A DNA stretch of 64,000 bases from Nitrospirota bacterium (GTDB taxonomy: Bacteria; Nitrospirota; UBA9217), in contig CAWJQQ010000001.1 of the NCBI GenBank assembly GCA_963845065.1, positions 704,001-768,000 of the forward strand. Direction: 5' to 3'. The notes under the pieces were generated by a model. It was not told the origin of the DNA. It saw nothing but the letters and a program-made list of their open reading frames with translations, and searched no databases. Positions 48,584-59,195 of the stretch are shown one piece after another (the first letter of the stretch is position 1; the number at the start of each line of letters is the position of its first letter). The translations under genes were made by a program, and so were the position numbers.

Positions 48584-49381
48584 ATGAAAAGAGAAAAAGT
48601 CAATTATTCGATCCAGTCAGTGTCGCATGCGCTCGATATTCTTGAATCTTTCACCAAGACCGAGGACGAACTTGGTGTGACGGCGTTATCGAAGCGGCTG
48701 GATCTACATAAGAATAATGTATTTAGGCTGCTGGCCACGCTCGAATATCGAGGGTACATTGAGCAGAACCCTGCCACAGAAAATTATCGGCTAGGTGTGA
48801 AGACCCTCCAGATCGGGTCGATCTTCATCGAACAGCGTGAATGCCGCCGGCAGGCGCGGCCAATCCTCGAAAACCTAACGGCAACATCCGGCGAAACAAC
48901 AGTCGTGGCCGTCCTGCGCGGGAATAAGATCATTTACATGGACGGCGTGGAAACGGACAAAACCGTTCGTGCGGTTTCACATATCGGCGCCCTGCTGCCT
49001 GCACATTGCACTGCCGTCGGAAAGGTCCAACTGGCCCAGTTGTCTCCTGCCGAAATCGAGCGTCTCTATCCTGACCAAATGCTGTCTACGATGACCGACC
49101 GTAGCATTAAAACCCGCGATACTCTGCTGGCTGAGTTGAAGAGCGTTGTCGACCGAGGTTATTCCTTCGAGAACGAGGAATCAGAAACCGATGTGCGGGG
49201 CATCTCTGTTGCGGTGAAGGATTATTCAAAAAACGTAATTGCTGCAATCGGCATTACAGCACCAATAAGCCGTCTGACAGACGAACGACTGGAAAAAGGG
49301 GGCATCATCAACTTACTACTGGAATCAGGTCAGGCGCTTTCAGCGAAACTGGGCTTCATCACAGCTGTAGCGAAAAAGTAG
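48584..49381 (+). CDS. IclR-family transcriptional regulator
   Basis: N-terminal HTH (IQSVSHALDILE...VFRLLATL...YRLG) and HCTAVGK. Confidence 0.95.
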   Translation: MKREKVNYSIQSVSHALDILESFTKTEDELGVTALSKRLDLHKNNVFRLLATLEYRGYIEQNPATENYRLGVKTLQIGSIFIEQRECRRQARPILENLTATSGETTVVAVLRGNKIIYMDGVETDKTVRAVSHIGALLPAHCTAVGKVQLAQLSPAEIERLYPDQMLSTMTDRSIKTRDTLLAELKSVVDRGYSFENEESETDVRGISVAVKDYSKNVIAAIGITAPISRLTDERLEKGGIINLLLESGQALSAKLGFITAVAKK

Positions 49382-49461
49382 TATTTCTCAGGGCAGTCGG
49401 TCGTTTCAGATAGTTCAAGAATGGTTGACACTCCTCTTTGTGCTATGCTATTATCCGCCAG

Positions 49462-50331
49462 ATGGTAATTGGACAAAAATTAGAACTTCTTGAAGCGCTG
49501 CTCAAGGAGATGGGTGTCGCTGTACTCGCCTACTCTGGCGGTGTGGATAGTTCGCTCCTTCTAAGAGCCGCGTCGGAGGTCATGGGCCCTCGCCTGATTG
49601 CGGTGACAGCAGTTTCCGAGACCTATCCGGCCGGTGAACTGCTTTCCGCTGAGGAGTTCGCGCGCATGTTGGGAGTGACGCATAAGGTCCTCCATACGGA
49701 AGAGCTTTCATCGGAAGACTTCGTAAAGAATACGCCGGAACGGTGCTACCATTGCAAGAGCGAACTTTTTGCAAAACTCAGGCGGATTGCCGATAGTCAG
49801 GGCATCGCTTTTGTTATAGAGGGGTCGAACACAGATGATCTGAAAGATTATCGACCGGGTAGAAAAGCCGCCCAAGAGTTCGGTCTTCGGAGTCCACTCG
49901 TCGAAGCTGGGTTTTCAAAGACCGATGTCCGCGAATGTGCACGCATGCTGCATCTCCCGGTGTGGGACAAGCCATCCCTCGCCTGCCTTTCTTCCCGCAT
50001 TCCCTATGGAATCAGGATCACCCCCGAGATATTGCAAATTGTTCAGGCCGCGGAGGACCAATTACGCGCTCACGGGTTCAGGCAGGTCCGCGTCCGGCAT
50101 CACGGCGATATCGCACGGATCGAAGTAGCGAGGCAGGATTTCACAAAGCTGTTTTCCAACGATATCATGGGAGCAATCACAGCAGCATTTAAAAAACTAG
50201 GCTATACCTATGTCTGTCTGGACCTTGATGGATACCGGACAGGAAGCATGAATGAGAATCTTCAGAAGAAAGTAGTCACTGGCCAGCAGGTGGCAGGAAA
50301 AGATAATCTTTTATCCAGGTCTCCTGAATAA
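49462..50331 (+). CDS. larE: ATP-dependent sulfur transferase LarE
   Basis: PP loop AYSGGVDS, RCYHCK, DYRPG, ACLSSRIPYG, RVRHHG and GYRTGSMN. Confidence 0.93.
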   Translation: MVIGQKLELLEALLKEMGVAVLAYSGGVDSSLLLRAASEVMGPRLIAVTAVSETYPAGELLSAEEFARMLGVTHKVLHTEELSSEDFVKNTPERCYHCKSELFAKLRRIADSQGIAFVIEGSNTDDLKDYRPGRKAAQEFGLRSPLVEAGFSKTDVRECARMLHLPVWDKPSLACLSSRIPYGIRITPEILQIVQAAEDQLRAHGFRQVRVRHHGDIARIEVARQDFTKLFSNDIMGAITAAFKKLGYTYVCLDLDGYRTGSMNENLQKKVVTGQQVAGKDNLLSRSPE

Positions 50332-50377
50332 TACCTACCAGCTACCATAGCATTGCGAAATTTCAAGGAGTGAATCT

Positions 50378-51655
50378 ATGAAGGTGCTTGTCATCGGTGG
50401 TGGCGGCAGGGAACATGCGTTGGTTTGGAAAATAGCACAGAGCCCGAAAGTCACGAAAATATACGCAGCACCGGGAAATGCCGGCATCGCGCAGCTTGCC
50501 GAATGCATCCCGGTCAAGGCTGAGGATATCCCCGGCCTTCTGGTATTCGCCAAGGCCAAGTCCATGGACCTCACTATCGTGGGTCCGGAAGGACCACTCT
50601 CTTTAGGCATTGTGGATGAGTTTACGAAAGCAGGGCTTCGCGTCTTCGGCCCGAGTGGCAAGGCGGCCGAAATAGAGGCAAGCAAGAGGTTTTCCAAAGA
50701 TCTCATGAGGAAGTATCACATCCCTACAGCGGAGTATAGTGTGTTTACTGAGAAGGCCTCGGCAGAGGCTTACGTGCGTGAGAAGGGCGCGCCTGTAGTC
50801 GTAAAGGCCGATGGTTTAGCCGCTGGAAAGGGTGTTGTGGTTGCTGAAACGGTGGAGGAGGCCTTAAAGGCTCTGGACCTTATTATGATCAACAAGGCTT
50901 TCGGCGCGGCAGGTGACCGTGTTTTGATCGAAGAATGCCTCAAGGGAGAAGAAGCTTCATTCATGGCCTTCTCGGACGGAAAGACAGTGGTACCCATGGC
51001 GTCGTCACAAGACCATAAACGCGTGTTCGATGGAGACAAAGGGCCGAACACAGGCGGCATGGGAGCTTATTCTCCGGCGCCAGTAGTCACCAAAAAGCTG
51101 GAGTGGAAGGTCATGGAAACTATCATGGTCCCCACGGTGCGGGCTATGGAAAAAGAAGGACGGTTGTTCAAAGGAGTGCTGTATGCCGGTCTCATGATCC
51201 ATGATGGTGAAGCTAAGGTCCTGGAGTTCAACGCTCGATTCGGTGATCCAGAGACTCAGCCAATCATGGCACGGCTCGATACGGACCTTATCGATATTAT
51301 CGAGGCTATCCTTGCGGGATCCCTGTCAAAGATCGAAATTAAATGGAAACCCGATTCCGCGGTCTGCGTGGTCATGGCCTCGGGAGGCTATCCCGGCAGC
51401 TACGAAAAAGGCAAGATCATCTCCGGTCTCGAGAATGCCGCAAAATTGAACAATGTATCGGTATTTCACGCCGGGACCGCGTTTAAGGACGGCAAGATTG
51501 TGACAGACGGCGGGAGGGTGCTCGGCGTGACCGGCCTCGGTCCGGTTGTTGCCGCTGCCATCGATAATGCATACAGGGGCATTCGGGAGATCACTTACGA
51601 CGGCGCGCACTACCGAAGGGATATCGGGGCGCGGGCTCTTGAGACGGGGAATTAG
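50378..51655 (+). CDS. purD: Phosphoribosylamine-glycine ligase
   Basis: GGGGREHA, KADGLAAGKGV, QDHKR, GPNTGGMG and EFNARFGDPE. Confidence 0.98.
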   Translation: MKVLVIGGGGREHALVWKIAQSPKVTKIYAAPGNAGIAQLAECIPVKAEDIPGLLVFAKAKSMDLTIVGPEGPLSLGIVDEFTKAGLRVFGPSGKAAEIEASKRFSKDLMRKYHIPTAEYSVFTEKASAEAYVREKGAPVVVKADGLAAGKGVVVAETVEEALKALDLIMINKAFGAAGDRVLIEECLKGEEASFMAFSDGKTVVPMASSQDHKRVFDGDKGPNTGGMGAYSPAPVVTKKLEWKVMETIMVPTVRAMEKEGRLFKGVLYAGLMIHDGEAKVLEFNARFGDPETQPIMARLDTDLIDIIEAILAGSLSKIEIKWKPDSAVCVVMASGGYPGSYEKGKIISGLENAAKLNNVSVFHAGTAFKDGKIVTDGGRVLGVTGLGPVVAAAIDNAYRGIREITYDGAHYRRDIGARALETGN

Positions 51656-51667
51656 CGGAATCAACTA

Positions 51668-52453
51668 GTGCGAAGAGTACAGTGCATAACGAAATGGCCG
51701 ACGATACGGAATGTCGTCAGCTTTCTGAATGAGGAGTTGCGGGTCAGAAAAATCAAGGATGCTTCCCTAAACGGCCTGCAGGTGGGGGTCCGTACGGATT
51801 GCGCGCTAGAACGAGTCGGTTTCGCTGTCGATGCATGTATCTCTACTTTTGAGAAAGCACAGAAGCTTGGTGTTAACCTTATCGTCGTGCATCATGGTAT
51901 TAAATGGAGACCCCAAAAGGATCACAACCTCGAGAAAAATCGGGAAGCGTATCTGAAAAAGCACAACCTGGCGCTTTATGCCGCGCATTTGCCGCTAGAT
52001 CTCCATGGGGAATACGGGAATAACGTACAGCTTTCCCGTTTGCTAGGACTGAAGAATCTACGTAAATTCGGAAAGTATCATGGAATTAAGATCGGTTATG
52101 CGGGTATCGTCAAGGGGACAACCACCCTTGATGATCTTGCAATGATTCTCAAGAAACAGTTAAAAACGACCAGCAGGGTGTTCCGCTTCGGCAAGGGGCG
52201 TATTCGCACCGTGGGAATAGTGTCCGGCGGTGGCGGCAGCTTACTGAACGACGCCGTTCAGGAACAGCTAGATTGCTTTGTGGTCGGAGAGATCGATCTA
52301 GCGACGCACAACGCAGCGAAAGATTTTGGTATAAACCTCATCGTTGCAGGCCACTATACAACGGAAACTGTCGGCGTAAAGGCATTAATGCGACTTGTGG
52401 GAGACGTGTTCGGCATTGAGACGGTCTTTATAGACGATGCAAAAGATTTGTAA
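51668..52453 (+). CDS. Nif3/YbgI-like dinuclear metal protein
   Basis: NGLQV, VHHG, HLPLD, GNN and AGHYTTE. Confidence 0.92.
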   Translation: MRRVQCITKWPTIRNVVSFLNEELRVRKIKDASLNGLQVGVRTDCALERVGFAVDACISTFEKAQKLGVNLIVVHHGIKWRPQKDHNLEKNREAYLKKHNLALYAAHLPLDLHGEYGNNVQLSRLLGLKNLRKFGKYHGIKIGYAGIVKGTTTLDDLAMILKKQLKTTSRVFRFGKGRIRTVGIVSGGGGSLLNDAVQEQLDCFVVGEIDLATHNAAKDFGINLIVAGHYTTETVGVKALMRLVGDVFGIETVFIDDAKDL

Positions 52454-52495
52454 CATTACTGGATTCTCATAAACAACTTGATGAAGGGAGTACTC

Positions 52496-53119
52496 ATGAG
52501 TAAACCAGTTGTCGGGATATTGATGGGCAGTGACACTGACCTTCCAATCATGCAGGAGGCGGCCGCGATGCTCCAGGAGTTCGGAGTCGAATATGAAATG
52601 ACTGTCGCGTCGGCTCATCGGACACCAAAAAAGGTTATCGAATACAGCGTGGGTGCTGAGAGACGAGGGATCAAGGTGATCATTGCCGGTGCGGGATGGG
52701 CTGCGCATCTTGCCGGGGTCATCGCATCCCACACGACGCTTCCGGTCATTGGCGTGCCGATCGATTCGTCTCCACTCAAGGGACTCGATGCTCTCCTGGC
52801 CACGGCCCAAATGCCAGGCGGTGTTCCGGTTGCGACGATGTCGATTGGCAAGCCAGGCGCAAAAAATGCGGGCGTGTTCGCGGCCCAGATTATCGCCACA
52901 AGCGATGTGAAGATTGCAAACCGTCTTAAGGTCTTCAGGGTCGAAATGGAACGAGATGTGGAAGAAAAGGCAAAGCGCCTCATAGCTATCACCGCAGCAC
53001 CAGCAGTCAAAGAACTGGCAGTAGCCGATGTCGGAGCGCCGGTTAAAAAGAAATCCCGCCGCAGACGCTGGAAGAAAAAACCTGGTGGCGGAGCACCGGC
53101 GCAGGGACCGGCTGCGTGA
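52496..53119 (+). CDS. purE: N5-CAIR mutase/AIR carboxylase PurE with a basic C-terminal tail
   Basis: MGSDTD, SAHRTP, AAHLAG, PVIGVP and QMPGGVPVAT. Confidence 0.96.
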   Translation: MSKPVVGILMGSDTDLPIMQEAAAMLQEFGVEYEMTVASAHRTPKKVIEYSVGAERRGIKVIIAGAGWAAHLAGVIASHTTLPVIGVPIDSSPLKGLDALLATAQMPGGVPVATMSIGKPGAKNAGVFAAQIIATSDVKIANRLKVFRVEMERDVEEKAKRLIAITAAPAVKELAVADVGAPVKKKSRRRRWKKKPGGGAPAQGPAA

Positions 53120-53970
53120 AGACTGAACTCGAGTGCCTACCCTGCTTTTTCGGTCAGGTAACGCGTACCTTGAATTATGCAGAGGTGAACAGCGACCGAG
53201 GCCGTGGTATTTTACGGAAGGCGGCCGCAATCATTGAACAGGCGTCGATGGAAGAGATTCCAGCTCGAACAACGACAATAATTCACCGTATGCTTCGTGT
53301 AGAGACGAGAACCGACCCCTATCGGTCCCTGAAGGACGACTATAACCGCATCGCTTTCGACAGGATGACGTCGCTCAAAGCAATAGCATCGAGATTCGAT
53401 GACCGTCTTGAAGGTGCTGTCCGCGTTGCTATTGCCGGGAACGTAATCAACTTCGGGATCTACGAAAGTATCGATCTTGACCGTGCCATCGAGGAATCGT
53501 TTAGGTTGCCGCTATCAGGCGATAATTACCGCGCCTTTTCCCAGGAAGTTAGAATAGCACGCCGCATCCTCTACCTCTGTGACAACGCCGGAGAGATCGT
53601 GTTCGACCGGTTACTTCTCGAAACCCTGCGTGTCATGGGCAAGGACGTGACCGCAGTGGTGAAGGGTTCTCCGGTGATTAACGATGCCACACTCGACGAT
53701 GCGCTCGCCGCCGGCTTGCATGAGTATGCGACCGTGATCGATAATGGGAACGACGGCATCGGCACCCTGCTGGAATCGTGCTCAGCGCATTTTCTAGAGG
53801 CTTACCAATCTGCAGAGCTTATCATCAGTAAAGGGCAGGCCAACTACGAAACGCTCATAGGTCAAAAGGACACCCGCATTTTCTTTCTGTTCAAAGTGAA
53901 ATGCCCGGTCGTTGCAGGCTTCCTTGGACAAAAGAATGGAGACATCGTCCTGGCCAGAGGACAAAAATAA
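53116..53970 (+). CDS. DUF89/ARMT1-like metal-dependent phosphatase
   Basis: ECLPC, DPY, AGNVI, DNAGEIVFD, NDAT and SKGQANYE. Confidence 0.92.
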   Translation: MKTELECLPCFFGQVTRTLNYAEVNSDRGRGILRKAAAIIEQASMEEIPARTTTIIHRMLRVETRTDPYRSLKDDYNRIAFDRMTSLKAIASRFDDRLEGAVRVAIAGNVINFGIYESIDLDRAIEESFRLPLSGDNYRAFSQEVRIARRILYLCDNAGEIVFDRLLLETLRVMGKDVTAVVKGSPVINDATLDDALAAGLHEYATVIDNGNDGIGTLLESCSAHFLEAYQSAELIISKGQANYETLIGQKDTRIFFLFKVKCPVVAGFLGQKNGDIVLARGQK

Positions 53971-54172
53971 AACGGACTCCGGAAATAGTTAAAAAATATG
54001 AAGAACCATAGGCCCTGCTTTGTGGACGAACGGATTGGCAAGGTAATGATCGTGAACGTTTCAATCCAATATTTGGCCACTGACTTCCGGAGAAACATCC
54101 TGGGCTAGTCGGTCCCTTGAATGGTATTTCAAGGGAAATCTGCTGTGGCTGTGATCCTGTTGTTGAGAAGCA

Positions 54173-54856
54173 ATGGCACTGCATCGATCAAATCAAGCTG
54201 TAACGAGTGGTTCTCTATTGGAAAAAGTAGTAACAATCGATCCTGCGTTTCCTGAACAGTCCTTTTCCCGATGCAGAGAAGTGATCTCAGCGGGCGGTGT
54301 CATCGTCTATCCGACGGATACGTATTATGGGCTAGGCGCTGATCCGAGGAATTGCGCCGCAGTGAAGAGGTTATTTGATATCAAGGACAGACAACGGGAC
54401 CAGCCGATCATTTTGCTCATGGCGGACGCAAGTGAAATATGCGATTGGGCCGCAGAGATTACACCGCAGGCAGAAATTCTTATTAAGAGATACTGGCCAG
54501 GACCGCTAACTCTCGTGTTTAAAGCTAGGGTTAACGTACTGACGCACGTTACCGCGAACACAGGAACCATTGGTCTTAGGGTGCCAGGCAACGCACTGAC
54601 ACGCAGCCTGCTACGATATCTCGGTCATGCACTAACCGGGACGAGTGCAAATATCTCGAGAAAGCGGAGCCCCAAAACAGCCCAGGAAGCTGCTACGATA
54701 GCCGGCCTTGTTGACCTGATCCTGGACGGAGGCAAAACCGCAGGCGAAAAACCGTCGACCATCATTGATGTAAGGACTGAATTGCCGCACGTGATCCGTG
54801 AAGGGGCCATCCCTTCGCGGAGCATCACAGACTTGCATAAAATCTTTCCCTCGTGA
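54173..54856 (+). CDS. tsaC: L-threonylcarbamoyladenylate synthase (YrdC/Sua5); start uncertain
   Basis: YPTDTYYGL, KDR, WPGPLT, TSANIS, PSTIID and REGAI. Confidence 0.93.
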   Translation: MALHRSNQAVTSGSLLEKVVTIDPAFPEQSFSRCREVISAGGVIVYPTDTYYGLGADPRNCAAVKRLFDIKDRQRDQPIILLMADASEICDWAAEITPQAEILIKRYWPGPLTLVFKARVNVLTHVTANTGTIGLRVPGNALTRSLLRYLGHALTGTSANISRKRSPKTAQEAATIAGLVDLILDGGKTAGEKPSTIIDVRTELPHVIREGAIPSRSITDLHKIFPS

Positions 54857-54868
54857 AAAGGATATTTA

Positions 54869-56188
54869 ATGAAAAAAATATTTGTACTTGATACTAATGT
54901 TCTGCTTCATGACCCTCATGCGATATTCTCCTTCGAGGACAATGAAGTAATCATTCCGATTGTCGTGATCGAGGAGCTGGACAAGTTCAAGAAGGGCATT
55001 GACGAAATGGGCAGAAACGCACGTCAAGTCTCGCGAATCCTCGATGAACTGCGGCAAAAAGGAAAGCTTTCCCAGGGAGTCGAACTCGACGGCGGCGGGA
55101 GCTTGTGCGTCGAGCTCAACCACCAATCGCAGGAGCATCTGCCGAGTGAGCTCGTAGCAACCAAGGCGGACAATCGCATTCTTGCCACAGCGCTCAATCT
55201 GAAGCACGAAAACCTGCCGGTGATCCTCGTGACTAAGGACACGAACCTCCGTATCAAGGCCGATGCTTTTGGTCTAAAAGCGGAAGATTTCGAGTCGGAC
55301 ACCATTACGCTTGACGAGCTTTATTCGGGAGAGATAGAGTTGGCGGTTGCGCCGGGAGCAATCGATGAATTTTACGCGAAGGGAGAGTTCACGCCTCCTC
55401 CCGGTCCTATGTTTTTCCCGAACGAGTTTGTATTGCTTAAGAACAACGCCAACCCGTCACAAACGGCATTAGCGAGATATCAACATCAAAAAAACATTCT
55501 CGTCCCTATCGTGAACGTTAAGCACGGTGTGTGGGGCATTAATGCAAGGAACAAGCAGCAGCAGTTTGCCATCGACCTGCTCCTGAACGACGATATCCGA
55601 TTGGTAACGCTCGTGGGGAGGGCTGGAACGGGTAAGACACTTCTGGCTCTAGCCGCTGGCCTTGAGAAGACCATTGAAAGCAGGGCGTTCCAGAGGCTTG
55701 TGGTTTCGCGCCCCGTGTTCCCGCTCGGCAAGGACATCGGATTCCTGCCCGGAGACATCGAGGAGAAGCTCCGGCCCTGGATGCAGCCGATCCGTGACAA
55801 CCTAGATTTTCTTATGGGTGCATCGACCATGGCCGGGCGCGCAAAAGGCAAGAAAGACCTCCAGGGCCTCTTCGATCTAGGTATGATCGAGGTGGAACCG
55901 CTCACCTATATCCGCGGACGCAGCATGCCTAACCAGTATCTGATCGTAGACGAGGCCCAGAACCTGACACCGCACGAGATTAAGACGATCATCACCCGCG
56001 CTGGCGAGGGGACAAAGGTCGTCCTTACCGGCGATCCATATCAGATCGATAATCCGTATATCGATTCGTCGAGCAATGGACTAACCTTTGTCGTTGAACG
56101 GTTCAAGGAAGAGCCCATCGCTGGTCACATTACGCTTGTAAAGGGTGAACGCTCTGATCTTGCAGAGCTAGCAGCGACGCTGTTGTAA
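54869..56188 (+). CDS. PIN-PhoH (PhoH2/YlaK-like) ATPase
   Basis: PIN motifs VLDTNV...EELD...DNRIL...TKDTNLR, plus GRAGTGKT, RGRS, DEAQN and TGDPYQID. Confidence 0.95.
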   Translation: MKKIFVLDTNVLLHDPHAIFSFEDNEVIIPIVVIEELDKFKKGIDEMGRNARQVSRILDELRQKGKLSQGVELDGGGSLCVELNHQSQEHLPSELVATKADNRILATALNLKHENLPVILVTKDTNLRIKADAFGLKAEDFESDTITLDELYSGEIELAVAPGAIDEFYAKGEFTPPPGPMFFPNEFVLLKNNANPSQTALARYQHQKNILVPIVNVKHGVWGINARNKQQQFAIDLLLNDDIRLVTLVGRAGTGKTLLALAAGLEKTIESRAFQRLVVSRPVFPLGKDIGFLPGDIEEKLRPWMQPIRDNLDFLMGASTMAGRAKGKKDLQGLFDLGMIEVEPLTYIRGRSMPNQYLIVDEAQNLTPHEIKTIITRAGEGTKVVLTGDPYQIDNPYIDSSSNGLTFVVERFKEEPIAGHITLVKGERSDLAELAATLL

Positions 56189-56420
56189 AACATTGTTCGA
56201 AATACGAGGTCCAGAGTATATCTTGAATTATCGATGCTCAACTGGCTCGCCGTGAAGCAGAATTGTTGCCACCTGCATCCCATCCCTGGCAGAGAAAGAC
56301 AAGCGGCAATTCATACCCCTCTTGAGGGTGATTCGGTGGGGTGATTGATTTTCAGGTGATAAACGACAGGCAAACAGCATTCTGCATGATGAACTGAAAT
56401 ACACAAAAGGGCAAAAGGAT

Positions 56421-57323
56421 ATGCAAAGGCATAAAAAAACCTTCGATATAATTTTTTTAATTGTGAGTGTGATTGCTTCACTCTTTGTTCTGACCGAACT
56501 CGTTCTGAAATACTTCGGGAAGAATATTTGCTATACCGAAGGATGCAATATGACAGCGCAGTCGGCGAGATTCGGCGATGCATCCATCTTTCTCATAGGG
56601 TTCGCAACTTTTTCGTCGATCGCGGCCTTAATGCTGCTGAACCGGCGATTCCAGAAGCCGGAAATCGAACGCCTGATCAATCTCATCCTTGTCGTCGCAC
56701 TGGCAGGTGAAGGGTTCTTCATGGGGTATCTGGCGTTCAGGATACACACGCTCTGCCTCTTCTGCGTCACGATCTTCTGTATTATGGCCGCACTCGGCAT
56801 CACTAGGCTTCTCTCCGGTGAAAAAGATATTATCGCCGGATTTGTGGCCTTTTTGGCGATCTTCATAATCCAGTATTTGGTCCTGCCTGCAGGCGTGCCC
56901 GTAAACCTGCCGATGAATGAACGGCTGATCCTGTTTTACAGCAATGATTGCAAACACTGCGCTGAGGTCATACAGGAATTGGACGAAAAAAAAATCAGCG
57001 TAGCACATTTACCCGTGAATTCATATGTCGGATTTCTTAAAAACATGGGCATAGAAACCGTTCCCACCCTCATGATAAACGATCAGTACCAGAAAATACT
57101 TTTGACCGGGACGGACACCATAAACCGCTACCTTCTCGCGTGTACGAAGTCCAAGTCAGTGGAGGTCAAGGCCGTAAAAAAAACGACGCCAAAGAAGGGT
57201 GAGCTGACTGCTCCGAACTCGGGCGCAACGATCGATATTTTCAATCAACCAGACCTTCTGACTGCTCCGGTGACTTCGACTGCTGAAGAAGGAATGTGCA
57301 AGCAAGACGAAATCTGCAAGTGA
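56421..57323 (+). CDS. VKOR-like membrane domain fused to a thioredoxin-like domain
   Basis: TM helices with loop cysteines ICYTEGC and a membrane CLFC motif, followed by FYSNDCKHC...VPT. Confidence 0.65.
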   Translation: MQRHKKTFDIIFLIVSVIASLFVLTELVLKYFGKNICYTEGCNMTAQSARFGDASIFLIGFATFSSIAALMLLNRRFQKPEIERLINLILVVALAGEGFFMGYLAFRIHTLCLFCVTIFCIMAALGITRLLSGEKDIIAGFVAFLAIFIIQYLVLPAGVPVNLPMNERLILFYSNDCKHCAEVIQELDEKKISVAHLPVNSYVGFLKNMGIETVPTLMINDQYQKILLTGTDTINRYLLACTKSKSVEVKAVKKTTPKKGELTAPNSGATIDIFNQPDLLTAPVTSTAEEGMCKQDEICK

Positions 57324-57473
57324 CCAAGTGACGAACAGAAAATTAAAAAGCCCCGTGAGCGCAGAATCACACGACTGCTTCTCCATCAATGCAGGCAGCT
57401 GTTTTGGTTCCAAACTCCTTGACACTCCGAAGTTGATGTGATAATTTAGCGGGACTGTTTTTACCAGGAGGTT

Positions 57474-58985
57474 GTGTTGGAAAAACAAAAAGGGATTGTA
57501 GAAATCACCGCCGAAAAGGTTTGGAAATTCTTTTCATCCGTAAAACTTGCCGTGGTGTTGCTGATCATCCTTGCGATCGTGTCGGTAATCGGGACCGTTA
57601 TCCAGCAGAACGAGGCTCCGGAACGCTATCTCCTGGAATACAGCCAGAGCACGATCCGGCTCTTCGATATGCTGGGGTTCTTCGATATGTACCATACATG
57701 GTGGTTCGTTCTGCTCCTCTTCTTATTTACGGCAAATCTGACAGTCTGTACGCTCGAGCGGTTCCCTCACACATGGAAGATTGCAACAGCACCGCTTAAA
57801 CCGATCAATGAAGACAGCCTGAAGGCCGTATCTTTCAGGAAAGAGATTCAAATGAAGGCCGAAATAGGTAAAGCCGAGGAGAAGGCAGCTGCCGTGCTGA
57901 AAGCGCGGGGATTCCGTTTTCTAGAGTCCAAGGAGCCGGACAGTACGCAGTATATCTCGCAGAAAGGCGTCTTCAGCCGTTTCGGTGTGTATATCACACA
58001 CGTGAGCATCCTTCTCATCTTTACGGGAGCTCTTATCGGATCGTTCTTCGGGTTTAAGGCGTTCTTGAACCTTCCGGAAGGATCTGTGACCCAGGTTGTT
58101 TACCTTAGAAACGAGCCCATGTGGGATCAGCTCATTGCAGCGCTAGGCATTGCCGAAAGCCCGGTAATACATGATCCCCAAGTGGGTGTTCCCGCTATGC
58201 CGCTCGGTTATTATGTCCGGTGCGATAATTTCGATGTCGATTACTATATTGGACAGTCGGGGATGCCGACCGGCATGCCATCAGAATATCACAGTACGCT
58301 TAGTATTTTCAACCTCAACGGCCAAAAGATCTTGGATAAGCGGATCAGAGTGAACGACCCGCTTACCTTTCATGGAATAACCTTCTATCAGTCGAGCTAC
58401 GGAGTGGTTCCGGACGCCCATGGGAAGGTCGTTTTGAACATCCGCAAGAAAAACGACAATCAGACGGGAGGGGAGACGGTTGTCGTGGACCCCGGCGCCT
58501 CACTCTTTATTCCATCGATTGACAGGACGATCAAGGTCCTGGGATTTGAGCCCTTCGGAATGAGGAATCCTTCCACCGGTCAGGTGCAGTATTACAACGC
58601 TGATAGACAGGAGTTCATCAATCCTGCCGTGGAACTCGAGGTATACAAAGGACAGAAGGCGCTTTACCGTACCACTATCCTCAAAACGGATTCTGGAGAA
58701 CCTTCTATGCCCGAGGATTATGTGATCAGTTACCGTGGCTACGTGGGAGCCCGCTACACAGGTCTCCAAGTCACGAAGGATCCGGGAGTTTGGGTAGTCT
58801 ATACGGGATTCATTATGCTCTGCATCGGACCGCCGATTGCATTCTTCGGCTCTCACCGAAAACTATGGGTAAGGATCCAGAATCGAAATGGCCAGGCGAT
58901 CATTCTTGTTGCGGGTACCGCAAACCGGAACCGGATCGGGTTTGAACGAGAATTTAATAGGATAGCAGAGAACATCTCAAGTTAA
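57474..58985 (+). CDS. resB: Cytochrome c biogenesis protein ResB (system II)
   Basis: FSSVKLAV...GTVIQQ, YHTWWF, conserved His (ITHVS), VNDPL...FYQSSY and TGLQVTKDPG. Confidence 0.93.
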   Translation: MLEKQKGIVEITAEKVWKFFSSVKLAVVLLIILAIVSVIGTVIQQNEAPERYLLEYSQSTIRLFDMLGFFDMYHTWWFVLLLFLFTANLTVCTLERFPHTWKIATAPLKPINEDSLKAVSFRKEIQMKAEIGKAEEKAAAVLKARGFRFLESKEPDSTQYISQKGVFSRFGVYITHVSILLIFTGALIGSFFGFKAFLNLPEGSVTQVVYLRNEPMWDQLIAALGIAESPVIHDPQVGVPAMPLGYYVRCDNFDVDYYIGQSGMPTGMPSEYHSTLSIFNLNGQKILDKRIRVNDPLTFHGITFYQSSYGVVPDAHGKVVLNIRKKNDNQTGGETVVVDPGASLFIPSIDRTIKVLGFEPFGMRNPSTGQVQYYNADRQEFINPAVELEVYKGQKALYRTTILKTDSGEPSMPEDYVISYRGYVGARYTGLQVTKDPGVWVVYTGFIMLCIGPPIAFFGSHRKLWVRIQNRNGQAIILVAGTANRNRIGFEREFNRIAENISS

Positions 58986-59195
58986 CGAGATCCAACTATC
59001 GGGGGGGAAAGATATTAGCCGCAAAGTCGCCGAGAAAAAAGGAACATGGGTCTTGAGAACGTGCGCAGTGCAGCAATCTTTGAATTCGAGGTGTTTTCAT
59101 CCCTTATTTTATAAGGGTACTCTTTCCATGTTTTCGTGTACCAGCTATGAATCGAGATTTTTCCAAATGTATTAGTTGTTATTCAGGAGGATTCA

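Noticed and set aside
54869..56188. PIN-PhoH as the toxin of a toxin-antitoxin pair
   Set aside because: No small antitoxin ORF lies upstream; tsaC ends 12 nt before it, in a housekeeping context.
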